Assembly: GCA_963764715.1 (NCBI GenBank)
Contig: CAVXTP010000021.1
Span: forward strand, 352,001 to 416,000
Source of the DNA: an uncultured Acidobacteriota bacterium
GTDB lineage: Bacteria > Acidobacteriota > Thermoanaerobaculia > UBA5066 > Gp7-AA6
Direction of reading: 5' to 3'
Length of the DNA stretch: 64,000 nt
Shown here: positions 39,005 through 48,598 of the stretch, one piece after another
Position numbering within the stretch: position 1 is the stretch's first letter
Layout: each line of letters starts with the position of its first letter
Translations under genes and position numbers: made by a program
Notes under the pieces: model-generated
Told to the model about the DNA's origin: nothing
Database searches by the model: none
What the model saw: the letters and a program-made list of their open reading frames with translations, nothing else

Positions 39005-41401
39005 CTAGAAGAGGAAGAATGTTTTCGTGACGAACACGGCCATCTGTCCGCGCGTGACGGGATTCAATGGGCAGTACAGGTTCAGGCCGCAGCCGCCGGT
39101 GATGTTCCCGTTGGCCAGCGTCTCGATCCAGTCGGCGAACGTCGACGGGCACGGAACGTCGTCGAACAGGCCGACGCACGGGTCCGGAACGAAGTCGGAT
39201 CCGGCGCGGGCCTTGATCAGAAGCGGCGCCATCTGGTCGCGGCGCACGGGATTCTGCGGGCAGAAATTGCCGCCACCGCAGCCCCCGGCGATGCCCGCGG
39301 CCGCGAGCGCCTCGATCCACGGCGCGAACGTCGACGGGCATGGCACGTCGGCGAAGACGCCGGAGCAGGCCGGCGGCACGTAGCAGATCCCGTGCTTCGC
39401 CTTGAGCAGGAACACCGCCATCTGCTGGCGCGTCGTCGCGACGCCGACGCCGAAGTTCCCTGCGCCCACGCCGGCCGACACCCCGTTCGTTACGAGGCGC
39501 ACGACGTAGTCGTGAAAGGGGTGACCGGCCGGTACGTCGAGGAAGTCGGACAGCCACGCCTTCTCGAGGCTGTAGCCGCCCGAGAGATTGCTCGCGACGA
39601 CGTCGTAAGCGACGCCCGGAGGGAGGGCGGGTGCCGTGCCGGTGATGGTCCCGTAGTCCACCACGGCGAGATTGCCGAGGGGCAGGCCCGAAAAGGCGAC
39701 GGCCGTCGAGGGCCCGAAGTCCATTCCGAGGATCGTCACCGGCGTTCCTCCCTCGGCCGGCCCCGACTTCGGGTCGATCGAGAGGATGATGCGCTGCGAG
39801 AACTCCGAGGTATGTCCCTGGGGGTCGGTCGCCGTCGCCGTGACCTGCTGGCCGGGCTGGATCTGGAAGGGAACCGAGGTCGAGAACGCGGCCTTTCCCC
39901 CGCCGTCCGTCGTCAGCACGATCGAGCCCACGGACTGCTCGCCCTGGGCGTAGCCCCATGGCCAGACGTTGCACGACGGCCCGAAGAAGAGATCGACGTC
40001 GAATGCCGTGGACGGCGTACTGTCGAGATATCCCTGAATCAGGGTCGCACCGGTCGTCGCGCCGACGTTCGTGATGATCGGAAAGTTCTGGCTGAGATTC
40101 GGACCGGTGTCGAGGTCGCCCGGATCGTTGGGCGTCACGGCGCCGCCGGCCCGTCCGTTGAGCAGGTCGATGCCGAGATAGAGGTTGTCGAAGATGCGGT
40201 TGCCGCGGATCGTGACCTTCGGTCCGCGGACGTGGACGCCGCCGATCATCGAGAAGAACGTCCGCCCGTTGTGTGCGATGACGTTGCCCTCGCCGGGCCC
40301 GAGCCCGCCGATCGTGATGTCGCCGTTCTCCTCGAGGGCGTAGATTCCCCCGCCGGTGTTCCCGAGCGCGAGCGTGGCTCCCGCGTCCGTTCCGACGAAG
40401 TTGCCCTGGATGACGGAGCTCGATCGCTCGAGCTCGATTCCGACGCCGCCCTGGGCGGCGATCACGTTCCCGCGGATCTGGGGCGACGCGTCGACGACGT
40501 CGATGCCGACGCCGCCGCCGATCGGCTGCGTGCCGGTCACGTCGGTCCCGATGAAGTTGCCGAGGATCGAGCCCGAGGCGTCGGCGTTGGAGACGCGGAT
40601 GGCCCGGTTGGCGACGCCCGAGATCACGTTGCGCGACGCCGGGTCCGCGCCCCCGACGACGACGCTCGCGGCGACGTCGAGGACGAGCCCGTCGGCCAGC
40701 GGACCGCCGGCGAGCGCCGCGGTCCCGGCGGCATTGGTCCCGATGAGATTCCCGCGAACGCCGAGGAAGGCGGCCGTGTCGGTGACCACGCCCGCGTCCG
40801 TGTGCCCGCTGATGAGGTTTCGCTCGAAGGCCAGCGAGCCTCCGATCCCGACGAAGAGGGCGTTGACGATCCGGATCCCGAACCCCTGCGGGCCCGGGAC
40901 GCTCGTACCCGAGGGGTCGGTCCCGATGTAGTTGCCGACGATGAGCGCCCCGTCGCCGCCGGTCCCGACGTGGATGGCGCCGACGGGGCAGCGATTGATG
41001 ACGAGCCCCTGGATGGCCATGACGAGGAGCTTGTCGTTGCCGGCGAAGACCTGGATGCAGGGCTCCGAGGCCGCGCCCGTCCCGTCGATCTGGATGAGCA
41101 TGCTCGCGTTGAGTCCCTGGCCCGTCGGGTTCGTGTTGAACGTCGCGCCCGGCTGCGTGAACCCGTCGATCAGGACGGGCTGGGTGATCGGCGGGAGCCC
41201 CGACGCCAGAACGATCGTCTGAACGCCCGGGGCCGGGATCGCGAACGCGATGTCGTCGTTGCCCGGGTTCGCGTTCGCGCCGAGGATGGCCTGGCGGAGC
41301 GACCCGGGGCCCGAGTCGGCGGTGTTCGTGACGGTGAACGTCGCGGCGCCCGCCGCCGCGGCGCACGAGACGAATGCGATTGCGAGAGCCGATCGACGCA
41401 T
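39005..41401 (-). CDS. Array gene 14: secreted beta-helix/IPT/SLH protein (798 aa)
   Basis: Signal peptide MRRSALAIAFVSC; RBS GGAGGG; full family architecture. Confidence 0.9.
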   Translation of the reverse strand: MRRSALAIAFVSCAAAAGAATFTVTNTADSGPGSLRQAILGANANPGNDDIAFAIPAPGVQTIVLASGLPPITQPVLIDGFTQPGATFNTNPTGQGLNASMLIQIDGTGAASEPCIQVFAGNDKLLVMAIQGLVINRCPVGAIHVGTGGDGALIVGNYIGTDPSGTSVPGPQGFGIRIVNALFVGIGGSLAFERNLISGHTDAGVVTDTAAFLGVRGNLIGTNAAGTAALAGGPLADGLVLDVAASVVVGGADPASRNVISGVANRAIRVSNADASGSILGNFIGTDVTGTQPIGGGVGIDVVDASPQIRGNVIAAQGGVGIELERSSSVIQGNFVGTDAGATLALGNTGGGIYALEENGDITIGGLGPGEGNVIAHNGRTFFSMIGGVHVRGPKVTIRGNRIFDNLYLGIDLLNGRAGGAVTPNDPGDLDTGPNLSQNFPIITNVGATTGATLIQGYLDSTPSTAFDVDLFFGPSCNVWPWGYAQGEQSVGSIVLTTDGGGKAAFSTSVPFQIQPGQQVTATATDPQGHTSEFSQRIILSIDPKSGPAEGGTPVTILGMDFGPSTAVAFSGLPLGNLAVVDYGTITGTAPALPPGVAYDVVASNLSGGYSLEKAWLSDFLDVPAGHPFHDYVVRLVTNGVSAGVGAGNFGVGVATTRQQMAVFLLKAKHGICYVPPACSGVFADVPCPSTFAPWIEALAAAGIAGGCGGGNFCPQNPVRRDQMAPLLIKARAGSDFVPDPCVGLFDDVPCPSTFADWIETLANGNITGGCGLNLYCPLNPVTRGQMAVFVTKTFFLF

Positions 41402-41421
41402 GAGCCCTCCGTGGAGCGGGT

Positions 41422-41445
41422 CTATTGCAGGTTGAACGTCTTGAC
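41422..41445 (-). pseudogene. Orphan 3'-end remnant of an SLH gene (VKTFNLQ-stop)
   Basis: Reverse complement GTCAAGACGTTCAACCTGCAATAG matches the family C-terminus (gene 15 ends VKTFQLQ) and sits at normal operon spacing from gene 14. Confidence 0.8.
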
Positions 41446-41447
41446 CG

Positions 41448-41511
41448 GGAGCCGCCCACCGAAGGCAGACCCCCGGCAGTAGGCAACGCCGGGCGCAGCC
41501 CGGCGGTAACT
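41448..41511. repeat. Third copy of the 64-bp palindromic element
   Basis: Near-identical to 8775-8838; contains the perfect hairpin CGCCGGGC-GCA-GCCCGGCG preceded by GTAG. Confidence 0.9.
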
Positions 41512-41555
41512 GACGGACGCGGCTTGATCGACGAACTCCACCCGTGGCTTCTCCG

Positions 41556-43817
41556 CTACTGAAGCTGGAACGTCTTGACTAAGAACGTGGCCATCTGGCC
41601 GCGGTTGGCGGCGGTCAGGGGGCAGTAGTTGCCGCCGCCGCAGCCGGCCGTGACGTTGCGGGCGACGAGCTCGTAGATCCAGGGCGCGAAGTTCGAGGAG
41701 CACGGCACGTCGGTGAAGGTCGCCGCCGTGCAGGCGGGCGGTGCGTAGCCGGAGTCCTCGAGAGTCTTGAGCAGAAAGACGGCCATCTGCTGGCGGTTGA
41801 CGGGGTTCGTGGGGCAGAAGACGCCGGTCCCGCAGCCGCCGGTGACGCCCTCGGCGACGAGCTCGTTGATCCAGGGCGCGAAGTTGGACGAGCACGGCAC
41901 GTCCGTGAATACCTGGACAGTGCAGGGAGGGGGCGTGTAGCAGACGCCCTTCTTCGCCTTGAGCAGGAAGACCGCCATCTGCTGCCGCAGGGTGTTCTGC
42001 GCGACGCCGTAGTTGCCGCCGCCGACGCCGGCCGTGATCGCGTTGCGGACGAGGGTGGTCACGAAGGAATAGAACTGATTCGCACCCGGCACGTCCAGGA
42101 AGTCCGCGATCCACCCGTTGGGCAGCGTCCCGATGGTGCCGTCCGTGTTGGTGACGACGATGTCGTTGAGGCTTCCGGGAGGGAGGGACGGCGTCGTCAG
42201 GGTGATCGTACCGTCGTTGACGACGTTGACGTTGGTTGCGGGCGTGCCGCCGACTTTGACCGTCGCACCGGCGAGAAAGTGAAATCCGGCGAGCGTCGTC
42301 GAAACGCCGGAGGGGTTGCCCGAGGAGGGCGTCGCCGTCAGAACGAACCGCTGTGAGAACTCCGAGGTGTTGCCGTCGGGATCCGTTGCGGTGGCCGAGA
42401 CTTTCTCTCCCGCCGCGAGGACGACGCCCGGGAAGACCGCGTGGATCGTGGCATTGCCGCTGCCGTTCGTCGTCACATTCGTGGCGCCGATGTACGTCCG
42501 TCCCTGAAGGAAGTCCTGCGGGCGTCCGACGCAGCCGTCGTTGATGTAGAAATCGATGGCGAACTGGGTGTTCGCCGTGCTGTTCAGGACTCCGTCGATC
42601 GTCGTGTCGCCTCCTGCGGAGACCGCGGACGACAGAAGCGGGAAGTTCTGGAGGAGGTTCGGTCCGATGTCCGCGTCGCCGAGGTCGTTCGGCGTGAGCC
42701 CGCCCTGGCCGACCCCGCCCGGGTTCCCGAGATCGATGCCGAGGGTCGAGCGGAAATTGGTGCCGTTCGCGGTGCCGTTGCCGTAGATGGAGTTGCCGCG
42801 GATCCGATTGTGGAAGGTGTTGATCGTGCTGTACCCCACGAGCACGCCGGCCCCCTGGTTGAACGCGATCACGTTCCCCTCGCCGGGCCCGGTGCCGCCC
42901 ACCTGGATGTCCTTTCCCTGGATGAAGATGCCGATCGACGTCGTGCCGAGATTGATGGTTCCGGTCACGTCCGTACCCACCCAGTTGTGCAGGATCGTCT
43001 GACCGGTCGCGGTGTCGTTGGTGTCTCCGACCTGGAGTCCATTGCCCACGCCTCCGACGACGTTGTCCCGAATTACCGCGCCGGGTGTTTGCCCGAACAC
43101 GCCGATGCCCAAGAGGGCGGTCCCCCCGAACACGGCGGTGCTCGACTTGTCGACACCGACCAGGTTGCCCTGGACGAGAGCGTTGACGCCGTGGCTGATG
43201 GTGATGCCCGACTGGGCGTTTCCCGAAATCAGGTTGCGATCGGCCGGCGCCGGTCCGCCGACCGTGAAATTGTCGCCGAACTGGGAGTCGATCCCGCGGA
43301 TGTTGGGCGAGCCGGGCACCGCAGTGCCTGCGGCGTCGGTGCCGATGAAGCAACCCTTCACCGCGCCGTCGCTGCCGGCGAAGTAGAAGCTGATCGCGTA
43401 GTCCCAGCCCCCGTTCATGACGATCCCGCGGATCGTCGAGCCGGCGGCGCCTGTGGAGGGCTGGAGTCCGGTCGCATGTGTGGTCGCTCCCGACAGCACG
43501 ACCTTGAGCACCGTGTTGAGCGCGCCCTGGGCGTTGGTGTTGACCAGCGAGCCGGGCTGCGTGTAGCCGTCGATGAGGACCGGGCTGGAGATCGTCGGCA
43601 GTTGAGTGGCTGGCGTGATCGTGCAGATGCCGCCGGTGCAGCCCGCGCCCGTGACGTTGAACGCGATCGTGTCGAGGCCCGCGGCGCCGTTGGCGTCCAG
43701 GATCGCCTGGCGCAGCGATCCCGCTCCCGAATCGGCCGTGGTCGTCACGGTGAACGTGGTGGCGGATCCCGCCGCGGCGATAACCAGTCCGATGACAAAG
43801 GCAGCGGAGCGCTTCAT
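41556..43817 (-). CDS. Array gene 15: secreted beta-helix/IPT/SLH protein (753 aa)
   Basis: Start MKRSAAFVIGLV at 43817 after RBS AAGGAGG. Confidence 0.9.
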   Translation of the reverse strand: MKRSAAFVIGLVIAAAGSATTFTVTTTADSGAGSLRQAILDANGAAGLDTIAFNVTGAGCTGGICTITPATQLPTISSPVLIDGYTQPGSLVNTNAQGALNTVLKVVLSGATTHATGLQPSTGAAGSTIRGIVMNGGWDYAISFYFAGSDGAVKGCFIGTDAAGTAVPGSPNIRGIDSQFGDNFTVGGPAPADRNLISGNAQSGITISHGVNALVQGNLVGVDKSSTAVFGGTALLGIGVFGQTPGAVIRDNVVGGVGNGLQVGDTNDTATGQTILHNWVGTDVTGTINLGTTSIGIFIQGKDIQVGGTGPGEGNVIAFNQGAGVLVGYSTINTFHNRIRGNSIYGNGTANGTNFRSTLGIDLGNPGGVGQGGLTPNDLGDADIGPNLLQNFPLLSSAVSAGGDTTIDGVLNSTANTQFAIDFYINDGCVGRPQDFLQGRTYIGATNVTTNGSGNATIHAVFPGVVLAAGEKVSATATDPDGNTSEFSQRFVLTATPSSGNPSGVSTTLAGFHFLAGATVKVGGTPATNVNVVNDGTITLTTPSLPPGSLNDIVVTNTDGTIGTLPNGWIADFLDVPGANQFYSFVTTLVRNAITAGVGGGNYGVAQNTLRQQMAVFLLKAKKGVCYTPPPCTVQVFTDVPCSSNFAPWINELVAEGVTGGCGTGVFCPTNPVNRQQMAVFLLKTLEDSGYAPPACTAATFTDVPCSSNFAPWIYELVARNVTAGCGGGNYCPLTAANRGQMATFLVKTFQLQ

Positions 43818-43846
43818 CGATCCTCCTTTATTGCAGACTTTGGTGC

Positions 43847-44014
43847 TCACTGCAGATTGAAGGTTTTCACCACGAACGTCGCCATCTGGCCGCGGTTGGC
43901 GTTGGTCAGGGGGCAGTCGTTGCCGTCGCCGCAGCCGGCCGTGACGTTGCGCGCCACGAGCTGGACGTGATCCCCGCCAGGACACCGAAAAACGAGAGCG
44001 AGGACGCGCCGCAT
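43847..44014 (-). pseudogene. Internally deleted array gene: signal-peptide start joined to the last SLH half-repeat (55 aa)
   Basis: RBS CAGGAGG followed by MRRVLALVF...QLVARNVTAGCGDGNDCPLTNANRGQMATFVVKTFNLQ; about 2 kb of the normal gene is missing. Confidence 0.85.
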
Positions 44015-44030
44015 GGGAACCTCCTGTTCG

Positions 44031-46277
44031 CTATCGGAGATCGAACGTCTTGACGATGAACGTCGCCATCTGTCCACGGTTCGCGTTGGTCGTCGGGCAG
44101 TAGTTGCCGCTGCCGCAGCCGGCCGTGATGTTGCGCGCAACGAGCTCGTAGATCCAGGGGGCGAACGGATGTCCGCAGGGAACGTCCGTGAACGCGGCGT
44201 TCGTACACGCGGGCGGCGCGTATCCGCTTCCCTCCAGCGTTTTCAGGAGGAAGACCGCCATCTGCTGTCGGTTGACCGGGTTGGTCGGGCAGAAGTTGCC
44301 GCCGCCGCAGCCGGTCGTGATCCCCTTCGCCACGAGATCGTAGATCCAGGGTGCGAAGTTATCCCCGCAGGGCACGTCCGAGAACGTCGGGTTGCTGCAC
44401 GGCGGCGGCGTGTAGCAGATGCCGTACTTCGCCTTCAGGAGGAAGACCGCCATCTGCCGCCGCAGCGTGTTCTGAGACACGCCGTAGTTGCCGCCGCCGA
44501 CGCCGACGGTGATCTCGTTGCGCACGAGCCGGACCACCCACTCGTTGAACTGCTGGCTCTCCGGGACATCCAGGAAATTGACGATCCAGCCGTTGGGCAG
44601 CGTGCCGGCGCTCGTGTCGGCGTTCGTCACCGTGATGTCGTTGATCGTGCCGGGCGGAAGCATGGGCGACGTCAGGGTCATCTGGTTGAAGTTCGTAACG
44701 ACGACGTTCGTCGCCGGGAGACCTCCCACGGTCGCCGTCGCCCCCGGGAGAAAGTTGAAGCCCGACAGCGTCATGGAGCCGTTCCCGGGGGGGTTGATCG
44801 ACGTGGGTGTCGTCGAGACCACGATGCGCTGCGAGAACTCCGAGGTGTTCCCATCGGCGTCCGTGGCCGTGGCGGTCACCGACTGGCCGGCCTGCAGGGT
44901 CACGCCCGTGAGCAGGACGTCGATCGTGGCGTCGCCGCCGGCGTCGGTCGTCAGGGGTGCGCTGCCGATGTACTCCTTGCCCTCGAGGTAGTCCTGCGGC
45001 CGGGCGATGCAGGCGTCGTTGGCGTAGAAGTCGAGGGTGAAGCTCGAGCTGGGTGTGCTGTTGAGCCGGCCCTGGACCGTGGTGTTTCCGCCGGCCGATA
45101 CGGCCGAGGAAATGACCGGGAAATTCTGGCTGCCGTTCGGTCCCGTGTCCGCGTCGTCGAGGTCGTTCGGAGTCAGACCATACGTCAGGTCTGCCGGGGT
45201 GCTCAGATCGATTCCGAGAGTGGGGATGAGCAGGTGAGTCCCCTCGCCGTTCGAGTAGATCGAGTTCCCTCGAATGGTGTTCCTCGAGACGTTGGAGAAG
45301 TCGTACTCGACGGTAATCCCGTTGTAGTCGTTGAACGCGATGACGTTTCCTTCCCCCGGATCCGTTCCGCCGATCACGATGTCCCGCCCCTTGATTCGCA
45401 TGCCGTTCACGACGTTCCCGAGGTCGAGGGTCTCGGTCACGTCGGTGCCGATCCAGTTGCCCTGGATCGTCATCCCGGTGGTCGGGTCGCTCATGTTGCC
45501 GAGAAGGATCCCGTCGCTCGCCCCGCCGATGACGTTGCCGCGGATCAAGGTTCCCTGGGCGTTGGTGGAGACGGCGAGTCCAGTGGTCGTCAGGCCGAAA
45601 ACCGCGGTACTGGAGATGTTAGGACCGATGAGGTTGCTTTCGATCGTCGGGTTGGACGAACTGAAGAACTGGGCGTTGGCCTGTGTGGAACCCGACAGGA
45701 GGTTTCGATCGGCCGGTGCGGGGCCGCCGAGCGCGAAGTTGTTGCTGAAATCGGCTTCGATGCCGAAATTGTTCGGCGCCTTCACCGTGCCGGCGGCATT
45801 GACGCCGATGAAGCAGCCGCGCACGGTGTTGCCGTTCGAGGATTGCGAGAAGATGCCGTTGTTGAAACCGTTGATGACGAGCCCCCGGATTGTCGAGCCG
45901 GCCCCGCCCGCGACGATGGTGAGCCCGTTCGCGCCCGGGACGTTGGTCCCGGAAATCACGATCTTCAGGACGGTGTTCAGCGCGCCCTGTGTGACGGTGT
46001 TGGCCAAAGAGCCGGGCTGGGTGTAGCCGTCGATGAGGACGGGAGAAGCGAGGAACGGCAGCTGCGTCGTGGGTGCGATCGTGCAGACGCCCCCGCCGTC
46101 GCAGCCCGCGCCCGACACGTTGAACTGGATCGTGTCCGCGCCGGCGGCCGCGTTCGCGTCGAGGATCGCCTGGCGGAGGGATCCGACGCCGGAATCGCTG
46201 GTGTTGGTGACGGTGTAGGTTGCGGCGGCCGCCGTCGAAGCGGTCGCCGCGAGGATCAGAACCGCGAGTCTGCGCAT
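44031..46277 (-). CDS. Array gene 16: secreted beta-helix/IPT/SLH protein (748 aa)
   Basis: Start MRRLAVLILAAT at 46277 after RBS CAGGAGG. Confidence 0.9.
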   Translation of the reverse strand: MRRLAVLILAATASTAAAATYTVTNTSDSGVGSLRQAILDANAAAGADTIQFNVSGAGCDGGGVCTIAPTTQLPFLASPVLIDGYTQPGSLANTVTQGALNTVLKIVISGTNVPGANGLTIVAGGAGSTIRGLVINGFNNGIFSQSSNGNTVRGCFIGVNAAGTVKAPNNFGIEADFSNNFALGGPAPADRNLLSGSTQANAQFFSSSNPTIESNLIGPNISSTAVFGLTTTGLAVSTNAQGTLIRGNVIGGASDGILLGNMSDPTTGMTIQGNWIGTDVTETLDLGNVVNGMRIKGRDIVIGGTDPGEGNVIAFNDYNGITVEYDFSNVSRNTIRGNSIYSNGEGTHLLIPTLGIDLSTPADLTYGLTPNDLDDADTGPNGSQNFPVISSAVSAGGNTTVQGRLNSTPSSSFTLDFYANDACIARPQDYLEGKEYIGSAPLTTDAGGDATIDVLLTGVTLQAGQSVTATATDADGNTSEFSQRIVVSTTPTSINPPGNGSMTLSGFNFLPGATATVGGLPATNVVVTNFNQMTLTSPMLPPGTINDITVTNADTSAGTLPNGWIVNFLDVPESQQFNEWVVRLVRNEITVGVGGGNYGVSQNTLRRQMAVFLLKAKYGICYTPPPCSNPTFSDVPCGDNFAPWIYDLVAKGITTGCGGGNFCPTNPVNRQQMAVFLLKTLEGSGYAPPACTNAAFTDVPCGHPFAPWIYELVARNITAGCGSGNYCPTTNANRGQMATFIVKTFDLR

Positions 46278-46294
46278 ACCCGCCTCCTGTGGGT

Positions 46295-48568
46295 CTACTG
46301 CAATCCGAACGTCCTGACCAGGAACGTCGCCATCTGTCCGCGGTTGGCGTTGGTCGAGGGGCAGTAGTTGCCGCCGCCGCAGCCGGCGGTGACGTTGCGC
46401 GCGACGAGCTCGTAGATCCAGGGGGCGAACTGGCCTCCGCAGGGCACGTCGGTGAAGGTGGCCGCGGAGCAGGCCGGCGGGGCGTAGGCGCCGCCCTCGA
46501 AGGTCTTGAGGAGGAACACCGCCATCTGCTGTCGGTTGACGGGGTTGGCGGGGCAGTAGAGCCCGCCGCCGCAGCCCCCGGTGATTCCTTCCGCCACGAG
46601 CTCGTTGATCCACGGTGCGAAGCCCGAGGCGCACGGGACGTCGGGGAAGGCCTGGACGGTGCACGGGGGCGGGGTGTAGCAGACGCCGTGCTTGGACTTG
46701 AGCAGGAAGACGGCCATCTGCTGGCGGAGCGTGTTCTGCAGGCCGCCGTAGTTGCCGCCGCCGACACCCACCGTGATCGCGTTGCGGACGAGCGTCGTGA
46801 CGTTCGTGTAGAACTGGTCGTTGCCGGGCACGTCGAGGAAGTCGGCGATCCAGCCGTTGGGCAGGGTCCCGAGGCTCCCGTCCGTGTTGGTCACGGTGAC
46901 GTCGTTGAGACTGCCGGGAGGCAGCGAAGGGGTGGTCGCCGTGATCTGGTTGTAGCTCGCGACGTTGACGCCGGTCGCGGGCTGGCCGCCGACGGTCACG
47001 GTGGCGCCGGGGAGGAAGTTGAACCCGTCGAGCGTCGTCTGAGCGCCCGTCGGGTTGCCCGAGCCGGGCGTCGACGAGACCACGATCCGCTGCGAGAACT
47101 CCGAGGTGTTCCCGTTCGGGTCGGTCGCGGTGGCCGTGACCTTCTCGCCGGCGCCGAGCGTGACCGGCAGGACGACGTCGATGGAGACGTCACCCCCGGA
47201 ATCGGTCGTGACGTTCGACGAGCCGAGATAGGTCCGGCCCTGCAGGAAGTCCTGGGGGCGGCCGAGGCACGAAGCGTTCGAGTAGAAGTCGAGCGCGAAC
47301 TGCGTGCTCGGCGTGCTGTTGAGGCGGCCCTGGATCGTCGTGCTCGCGTTGGGTCCGGCGACGTTCGGCGTCGCGAAGGCGGCCGTGATCACGGGAAAAT
47401 TCTGGTTGAGGTTCGGACCGGGGTCGCCGTCGTCGAGGTCGTTGGGCGTGAAACCGCCGTCTCCGTACCCGCCGATGTTGCCGAGGTCGATGCCGAGGGG
47501 CGAGGTGCCGGCAACGCCGTGCCTGGCGGCGTTGCCGTAGATCGAATTGCCCCGGATCGGGTTGTTGAGAATTCCGATGGTGCTGTAGAAGACGAGAACG
47601 CCGGCGCCCCCGTTGAAGGCGATGACGTTTCCTTCGCCGGGGCCGATGCCGCCGACCGCGACGTTCCGGCCCTGAACTTCGACCCCGGCGAAGGGATTGC
47701 CGAGATCGACCGTCCCGGTCACGTCGGTGCCGATCCAGTTGCCCTGGACGACCGCGCCGTAAACGGTGTCGTTGGCGGTCCCCACCGTCATGCCGATCTG
47801 CGTTTGCCCGCCGACGACGTTCCCGCGGATGACGAGGCCGGGCGAGTTGGCCCCTCCGAAGATGCCGGTGTTCGCGACGCGGAGAGGAACGGTCCCGGAG
47901 ACGTCGGTGCCGATCAGGTTGCCTTCGATCGTCGCGTTGGAAGTCAACTGGATGCCGACGCCGTAAACCCAGTTCCCCGAGATGAGGTTGCGGTCCGCCG
48001 GCAACGGGCCGCCGACGCGGAAGGTGCTGCTGTACTGGACTTCGATGCCCCGGCCGTTCTGGACGTCGGCCGTCCCGGCCGCGTTCGTGCCGACGAAACA
48101 GCCGGTCACGACGTTGTTGTTCGAGAAGTAGGCTTCGATCGTGTAGTCGAATCCCCCGTTCAGCACGAGGCCCCGGATGGTGGAGCCGTCGCCGCCGGTC
48201 GCGATGACCAGCGCCTGGACCCCGGGGATGCCGGTCCCGGAGAGCACGATCTTGAGAACCGTGTTCAGCGCGCCCTCCGCGATCGTGTTCACCGACGCGC
48301 CGGCCTGGGTGTAACCGTCGATCAGGACGGGACTCGTGATGTACGGCAGGGCCGACGCCGGAGTGATCGTGCAGACGCCGGAGCCGTCGCAGCCCGCGCC
48401 GGAGACGTTGAACGCGATCGTGTCGAGTCCCGCCGCGCCGTTGGCGCTGGTGATCGCCTGGCGGAGCGACCCGGCGCCGGAGTCGGCGGTGCTAGTCACG
48501 GTGAAGATGGAGGCGCCGAGTGGCACCGACGCGAGAAGCAGGCAGACGGCGATGGAGTTTCGGCGCAC
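46295..48568 (-). CDS. Array gene 17: secreted beta-helix/IPT/SLH protein (757 aa)
   Basis: GTG start after RBS AAGGAG; full family architecture. Confidence 0.9.
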   Translation of the reverse strand: MRRNSIAVCLLLASVPLGASIFTVTSTADSGAGSLRQAITSANGAAGLDTIAFNVSGAGCDGSGVCTITPASALPYITSPVLIDGYTQAGASVNTIAEGALNTVLKIVLSGTGIPGVQALVIATGGDGSTIRGLVLNGGFDYTIEAYFSNNNVVTGCFVGTNAAGTADVQNGRGIEVQYSSTFRVGGPLPADRNLISGNWVYGVGIQLTSNATIEGNLIGTDVSGTVPLRVANTGIFGGANSPGLVIRGNVVGGQTQIGMTVGTANDTVYGAVVQGNWIGTDVTGTVDLGNPFAGVEVQGRNVAVGGIGPGEGNVIAFNGGAGVLVFYSTIGILNNPIRGNSIYGNAARHGVAGTSPLGIDLGNIGGYGDGGFTPNDLDDGDPGPNLNQNFPVITAAFATPNVAGPNASTTIQGRLNSTPSTQFALDFYSNASCLGRPQDFLQGRTYLGSSNVTTDSGGDVSIDVVLPVTLGAGEKVTATATDPNGNTSEFSQRIVVSSTPGSGNPTGAQTTLDGFNFLPGATVTVGGQPATGVNVASYNQITATTPSLPPGSLNDVTVTNTDGSLGTLPNGWIADFLDVPGNDQFYTNVTTLVRNAITVGVGGGNYGGLQNTLRQQMAVFLLKSKHGVCYTPPPCTVQAFPDVPCASGFAPWINELVAEGITGGCGGGLYCPANPVNRQQMAVFLLKTFEGGAYAPPACSAATFTDVPCGGQFAPWIYELVARNVTAGCGGGNYCPSTNANRGQMATFLVRTFGLQ

Positions 48569-48598
48569 GGGGTCTCCTTGGGGAATTCGAAGGTTTCG

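Noticed and set aside
41422-43353. 643-aa minus-strand ORF ending VKTFNLQ as a real alternative C-terminus
   Set aside because: It is an off-frame Arg-rich reading of gene 15 that happens to end in the remnant. I saw no slippery site to support programmed frameshifting.
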